Source of the DNA: Lichenihabitans sp.
Lineage (GTDB): Bacteria; Pseudomonadota; Alphaproteobacteria; Rhizobiales; Beijerinckiaceae
DNA length: 64,000 bases
Assembly (NCBI GenBank): GCA_036276175.1
Contig: DATBEH010000040.1
Coordinates: 1,935 to 65,934, forward strand
Reading direction: 5' to 3'
Part shown: positions 59,565 through 64,000 of the stretch, piece by piece
Position numbering within the stretch: position 1 is the stretch's first letter
Layout of the letters: each line of letters begins with the position of its first letter
The notes under the pieces: model-generated
What the model was told of the DNA's origin: nothing
Databases searched by the model: none
Seen by the model: the letters and a program-made list of their open reading frames with translations, nothing else
Position numbers and translations under genes: made by a program

Positions 59565-60385
59565 CCCGTCTTGCCGAGGCGTCGATCGCGCTCGTCGGCG
59601 CCGGCCGCATGGGCGGCGCCATGTTGCGCGGCTGGCTCGATCTCGGCATCGCCGCCGAGCGGCTGAGCGTCTTCGATCCGCAGCCGGGCCAGGATATCGC
59701 GGCGCTTTGCGGCACGCGGGGCCTGGCGCTCAATCCCCCGCCGGAGCGCGTCGGCGCGGTCGATATCGTCATCCTGGCCGTGAAGCCGCAGACGCTCGAC
59801 GCGGTTGCGCCGGGCGTCGCGCCGATGGTCGGTGCCGAGACGCTGCTGCTCTCCGTCATCGCGGGCAAGACCATCGCCGATCTCGCCGCCCGCCTCCCGG
59901 CCGCGGGAGCGATCGTGCGGGCCATGCCCAACACGCCGGCCGCGGTCGGGCGCGGCATCACCGGCGTCGCCTTGGGCGGCCCGCTCTCGGCGGAACGGCG
60001 CGAGAGCGTCGACCGTCTGCTCCAGGCGGTGGGACGCGTCGAATGGCTCGATGACGAGCGGCTGCTCGATGCGGTGACCGCCGTGTCGGGTTCGGGACCG
60101 GCCTATGTGTTCTACCTGGTCGAGTGCCTGGCCAAGGCCGGCGAACGGGCCGGGCTCGAGCCGGGGCTCGCGATGCGGCTGGCGCGCGCCACCGTGGAAG
60201 GGGCGGGAGAGCTGATGTATCGCGAGGCGGGGGTCGAGCCGGCGATGCTGCGGCGCAACGTCACGTCGCCGGGCGGCACGACGGCGGCCGGGCTCGAGAT
60301 TCTCACCGGCCCGGCGGGCCTCGATGAGCTGATGGGGCGCGCCGTCGCCGCCGCCAAGCGTCGCTCCGAGGAGCTCGCCGGGTAG
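59561..60385 (+). CDS. proC: Pyrroline-5-carboxylate reductase
   Basis: LVGAGRMGGAM, LAVKPQ, RAMPNTPA, AVTAVSGSGPAY, VTSPGGTT; GTG start overlapping ybjN. Confidence 0.96.
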   Translation: MTRLAEASIALVGAGRMGGAMLRGWLDLGIAAERLSVFDPQPGQDIAALCGTRGLALNPPPERVGAVDIVILAVKPQTLDAVAPGVAPMVGAETLLLSVIAGKTIADLAARLPAAGAIVRAMPNTPAAVGRGITGVALGGPLSAERRESVDRLLQAVGRVEWLDDERLLDAVTAVSGSGPAYVFYLVECLAKAGERAGLEPGLAMRLARATVEGAGELMYREAGVEPAMLRRNVTSPGGTTAAGLEILTGPAGLDELMGRAVAAAKRRSEELAG

Positions 60386-60558
60386 AGCATGGCCGTGGAA
60401 AGCCGGCAAGGCCCTGCGGTCGGCATCATGGGCCGAACCACCGACTCGGGCTTTCGGACAGCCTCGCTGCGTGCCGGGCGGCGGACGGGGCTCCTGCGGC
60501 TTGGACATGGGTCGCCTCACGCCTTATCTAGCTCTCTTGAGACGATCGGAGACGAGCC

Positions 60559-61332
60559 ATGACGCCCGACGAGCCCAACGACGCCCGCCCGCCCGGCCCG
60601 AAGGCCGGCCGCGGCGGCAAGGTATCCGCCGCCGGCAAGCCCGTGCCGCCCCGCGACCGCATCATCGAAGCCCTGATGGACCTCGCGGCCGAGCGCGAGT
60701 GGGATGATTTCGGCATCGCCGACATTGCCGAGCGGGCCGGTCTGTCGCTGGCCGACTTCCGCGATGCCTTCCCGTCCAAAGGCGCCGTCCTGGCCGCCTT
60801 CTCGCGCAAGATCGACCGACTGGTGCTCGACGGCACCGGCAATGCGCTGGCCGAGGAGGCGCCGCGCGAACGGCTGTTCGACATCCTCATGCGCCGGCTC
60901 GACGCGCTCGCGCCCTACAAGCTGGCGTTGCAGAGCGTGGCGGACTGGATCAGGCGCGACCCGCTCTCCGCGACGGCGCTCAACGGGGTCGCGATGAATT
61001 CCATGCGCTTCATGCTGGTGGCGTCCGGGATCGACAACGAAGGGCCGACGGGGCCGATCAAGCTGCAGGGTCTGGTGCTCGCCTGGTCGCGGGTGCTCGA
61101 CGTCTGGTTCGACGATGACGATGCGGGCCTCGCCCGCACCATGGCGGCGCTCGACAAGGAGCTGGTGCGGGGCGCGACTCTGGTCGCGCGGATCGACGAT
61201 CTCGACCGGCTGGTGTCGCCGCTGCGGCTGCTCGGCCGCGCGCTGATCGACGCGCGCCGCCGGCGCCGTGATCGCCGGGGGGCGCCGTCCCGCGACCCGG
61301 GCGCCGACCTCGATGCCGATCCGGTGCTCTGA
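60559..61332 (+). CDS. TetR-like regulator
   Basis: IADIAERAGLSLADFRDAFPSKGAVL HTH; RERLFDILMRR.D.L. Confidence 0.85.
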   Translation: MTPDEPNDARPPGPKAGRGGKVSAAGKPVPPRDRIIEALMDLAAEREWDDFGIADIAERAGLSLADFRDAFPSKGAVLAAFSRKIDRLVLDGTGNALAEEAPRERLFDILMRRLDALAPYKLALQSVADWIRRDPLSATALNGVAMNSMRFMLVASGIDNEGPTGPIKLQGLVLAWSRVLDVWFDDDDAGLARTMAALDKELVRGATLVARIDDLDRLVSPLRLLGRALIDARRRRRDRRGAPSRDPGADLDADPVL

Positions 61333-61334
61333 GC

Positions 61335-61694
61335 GTGCCGCCTGACGCAGGCTTGGCGCCGGTCGTCGCGTTCGAGGATTTCCTGAAGGTCGACGTGCGG
61401 GTCGGCACGATCGTCGCGGCGGAGCCCTTCCCGCAGGCCCGCAAGCCGGCCTTCAGGCTCGTGATCGATTTTGGTCCGCCGATCGGCACAAAAAAATCCT
61501 CGGCGCAGATCACCCGGCACTACGATGCCGCGGGGCTGATCGGGCGCCAGGTGGCGGCCGTGGTCAATTTTCCGCCACGCCAGATCGGGCCGTTCATGTC
61601 GGAGGTGCTCACCCTGGGTTTCCCGGATGAGACCGGCGAGGTCGTGCTGATCGGGCCGACGCGGCCGGTCCCCGACGGAGGCCGGCTCTTCTGA
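61335..61694 (+). CDS. csaA: tRNA-binding protein / CsaA chaperone
   Basis: F.KVDVRVGTI...ARKPAF, SSAQIT, VVNFPPRQIGPFMSEVLTLG. Confidence 0.93.
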   Translation: MPPDAGLAPVVAFEDFLKVDVRVGTIVAAEPFPQARKPAFRLVIDFGPPIGTKKSSAQITRHYDAAGLIGRQVAAVVNFPPRQIGPFMSEVLTLGFPDETGEVVLIGPTRPVPDGGRLF

Positions 61695-61860
61695 GCGGCG
61701 GCCGCGTCCGAGGACGGCAATCGGGGCAACCTTGACGTATGATCTCGAAGTCCGATAGACACCGCGCGCGATTTTCCCGTCGGATATAGAGCGTCGATCA
61801 TTGGAATTCGGGTTCGGGATGCGTGGTCACGGCGCCCTCTGCTCCGTCGAGGGACATTGA

Positions 61861-62670
61861 ATGTATCTGCAACCAAGCATTCGCGAGTGGAGGCTGGCCT
61901 CGGCCGACGTGGCACGCTGTTTCGTCGGCTGGCACGTCTGGGCGCTGCTCGGCGTGAGCGACGTCCGCCAACGCTACAAGCGTTCGCGATTCGGCCAGTT
62001 CTGGATCACGTTGAGCATGGCCATCTTCGTGGGCGGCATCGGCCTCGTCTACGGCGTCCTGTTTCACAACAAGATCCACGACTACATCCCCTACCTGGCG
62101 GTCAACATGACCGTGTGGACCTTCATCTCCGGCACGATCTCGGACGGCACCTCGACCTTCATCGAGGCATCGCCCTATCTCAAGCAGGAGGCGCTGCCCA
62201 AGACCGCCTTCGTGATGCGCATCCTGGTGCGCAACATCGTGGCTCTGGCCCACAACCTCCTGATCATCCCGATCGTCTTCATCGTTTTCCTGATTCCGCC
62301 GAGTCCCGTGGCCCTGCTGGCCATCCCGGGATTCGCGCTCGTGCTCGTCGGCACCTTCTTCTCGACCCTGATCCTCGGCATCCTGTGCACGCGCTTCCGG
62401 GACATGCCGCAGATCGTCACCAACATGATGCAGCTCGCCTTCTTCGTGACACCCATCATGTGGCGCATCGAACAGCTCGGCACGAAGGGTGAATACATGA
62501 AGCTGTTCAACCCCTTCGCCGCCTTCCTGAGAATCGTCTCCGAGCCCCTGCAGGGCCGGTTGCCCGACCTTGCCACCTACCTGGCGGTCCTGGTCTATCT
62601 CGCGCTCCTGTTCCTCATTGCCTGGCCTCTCTTCGCGCGCTTCCGGGCCAGGATCGTCTATTGGCTGTGA
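61861..62670 (+). CDS. wzm: Polysaccharide ABC exporter permease
   Basis: DVRQRYKRSRFGQFW, RFRD...V...Q..FFVTPIMW, NPF. Confidence 0.92.
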   Translation: MYLQPSIREWRLASADVARCFVGWHVWALLGVSDVRQRYKRSRFGQFWITLSMAIFVGGIGLVYGVLFHNKIHDYIPYLAVNMTVWTFISGTISDGTSTFIEASPYLKQEALPKTAFVMRILVRNIVALAHNLLIIPIVFIVFLIPPSPVALLAIPGFALVLVGTFFSTLILGILCTRFRDMPQIVTNMMQLAFFVTPIMWRIEQLGTKGEYMKLFNPFAAFLRIVSEPLQGRLPDLATYLAVLVYLALLFLIAWPLFARFRARIVYWL

Positions 62671-62685
62671 CCGGGGACACGCATC

Positions 62686-63441
62686 TTGGCTTCCATCGAA
62701 CTCGTCAACGCCTCGGTCGATATCCCGATCTACAACTCGCGCGGACGCTCGCTCAAGACGACGCTGCTGCGCCGGGTCGGCGGCCAGGTCGAGACGTCGA
62801 GCCGCGACGTCGTCACGGTCAAGGCGCTCCGCGACATCTCGCTCTCGCTCGCGCCGGGCGACCGCATCGCGCTGATCGGTCACAACGGCGCCGGCAAGTC
62901 GACCCTGCTGCGCGTCTTCTCCGGCTCCTACGAACCCTCGAGCGGCCACGCCGAGGTGCAGGGCAGCGTATCCTCGCTCATCGATATGATGATGGGGATG
63001 GATCCCGAGCTGACGGGGGCCGACAATATCATCCTGCGCGGCGTGTTCGTCGGCATGTCGCTGAAGGAGGCCCGGATGGCGATCCCCGAGATCGCCGAAT
63101 TCTCCGAGCTCGGGCCCTATCTGCATCTGCCGATGCGGACCTATTCGAGCGGCATGCTGATGCGGCTCGCCTTCGCCATTTCGACGACCCGCTTCCCCGA
63201 AATCCTGCTGTTCGACGAGATGATCAGCTTCGGCGACCTCTCCTTCGCCTCGAAGGCCAAGGCGCGCGTCAACGCCATGCTGGGCAAGGCCTCCATCCTG
63301 GCGCTCGCCTCCCATGACCTCGGCTCGCTCAAGACCTATTGCAATCGCGCCATCCTGCTGCGCCAAGGGGAGATCATCTCGTCAGGCTCCGTTCAGGACG
63401 TATGGGATCATTATCTCGAGGCTCAGCGTCAGAGCGCTTGA
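62686..63441 (+). CDS. wzt: Polysaccharide ABC exporter ATPase
   Basis: GHNGAGKSTLL, P.RTYSSGM..RLAF, LLFDE, LASHD; TTG start. Confidence 0.93.
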   Translation: MASIELVNASVDIPIYNSRGRSLKTTLLRRVGGQVETSSRDVVTVKALRDISLSLAPGDRIALIGHNGAGKSTLLRVFSGSYEPSSGHAEVQGSVSSLIDMMMGMDPELTGADNIILRGVFVGMSLKEARMAIPEIAEFSELGPYLHLPMRTYSSGMLMRLAFAISTTRFPEILLFDEMISFGDLSFASKAKARVNAMLGKASILALASHDLGSLKTYCNRAILLRQGEIISSGSVQDVWDHYLEAQRQSA

Positions 63442-63524
63442 GCCGGCGGGCCGGCAGGGTCCGGGTCGGGCGCGCAGGCCGCCCGGCAGCCGGGGACGGC
63501 GGGTCGAGAGGTGACGGAACAGTC

Positions 63525-64000
63525 ATGATCCTGGCCAGGAAACTGCAATCGGCCGCCAAGCTCTACCGCCAGGGCGGATGGCCGATCGTCGCCGGCATGG
63601 CCTGGGACCAGTCCGTGGCCTATATGGCGGCCAATCCCGTTCTGCCGCGCGGCGCGCATTCGCAGCTGCGGGCCTTGAACCGCCTGTTCAACGACCGGCC
63701 CGAATATTCGGTCGTGATCTTCGACGTCGACGACCTGCGCCAGTGCCGCCCCGGTCTCCTGTTCTCCTATCTGCGCCGCCAGTTCTTCGACGCGACGGCG
63801 GCGGTGCCGGACCGCGACGCCATGCGCGACGCGGAGATCCCGATCCTCGCCGACGCGCTCTACCGGCGCTGGGATTTCGCCGCCCTCGACGCCGCGCTGC
63901 CGCGGTGGCGGGACCGCCTCGCGGGCACCAAATTCGCGCCCATGCTGGCGCAGCTCGCCCGCCGCACCGCCCTGCGGCTCGGCCGTCTCGGGGAGGCCGG
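63525..64000 (+). CDS. Hypothetical protein in surface-polysaccharide locus (3'-partial)
   Basis: Open frame MILARKLQSAAKLYRQGGW... from ATG 63525 to the window end, directly after wzt; family not recognised. Confidence 0.65.
   Translation, partial: MILARKLQSAAKLYRQGGWPIVAGMAWDQSVAYMAANPVLPRGAHSQLRALNRLFNDRPEYSVVIFDVDDLRQCRPGLLFSYLRRQFFDATAAVPDRDAMRDAEIPILADALYRRWDFAALDAALPRWRDRLAGTKFAPMLAQLARRTALRLGRLGEA

Noticed and set aside
61490-61496. A7 homopolymer in csaA as a phase-variation tract
   Set aside because: In frame and encodes the conserved T-K-K-S segment; too short to suggest slippage.

Overview
High-GC alphaproteobacterial chromosome segment, probably Hyphomicrobiales. Gene content such as ccrM next to rnhB, nepR/phyR, petP-petR-envZ, dciA and DUF1036-pyk points there; the genus cannot be fixed from sequence alone. 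The backbone is housekeeping: parB end, mscS, chaC, plsC, prmA, rnhB, ccrM, mutY, dciA, amn, lpdA, pyk, ilvE, hldE, proC, csaA and wzm/wzt. Accessory modules are interleaved: (i) a PLP C-S lyase plus CUT1 sugar ABC operon whose binding protein carries an in-frame TAG; (ii) a sugar-acid cluster (lactonase, dehydratase, ABC with a fused double permease, GntR-type LacI with its operator), bracketed together with a RES-Xre toxin-antitoxin pair and an enolase-family pseudogene by two inverted copies of a ~100-bp palindromic element; (iii) a standalone NucA/NucB-like nuclease; (iv) a vapBC pair with a nonsense codon in each gene; (v) a cobalamin-riboswitch NiCoT-DUF2946-copC-copD island with a decayed nikR fragment. 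Non-coding signals read directly from the sequence include a LexA box before a conserved hypothetical gene, three EcfG-type promoters (one driving a candidate unannotated C-rich-loop sRNA after phyR), several REP/RIME-like elements, and a degenerate GTCCGCTT/CTGCTTCCC(A/G)CCC hairpin family at the edges of two accessory modules. No rRNA, tRNA, CRISPR array, transposase or integrase was recognised. Family assignments rest on motif recognition by eye, not on database searches.
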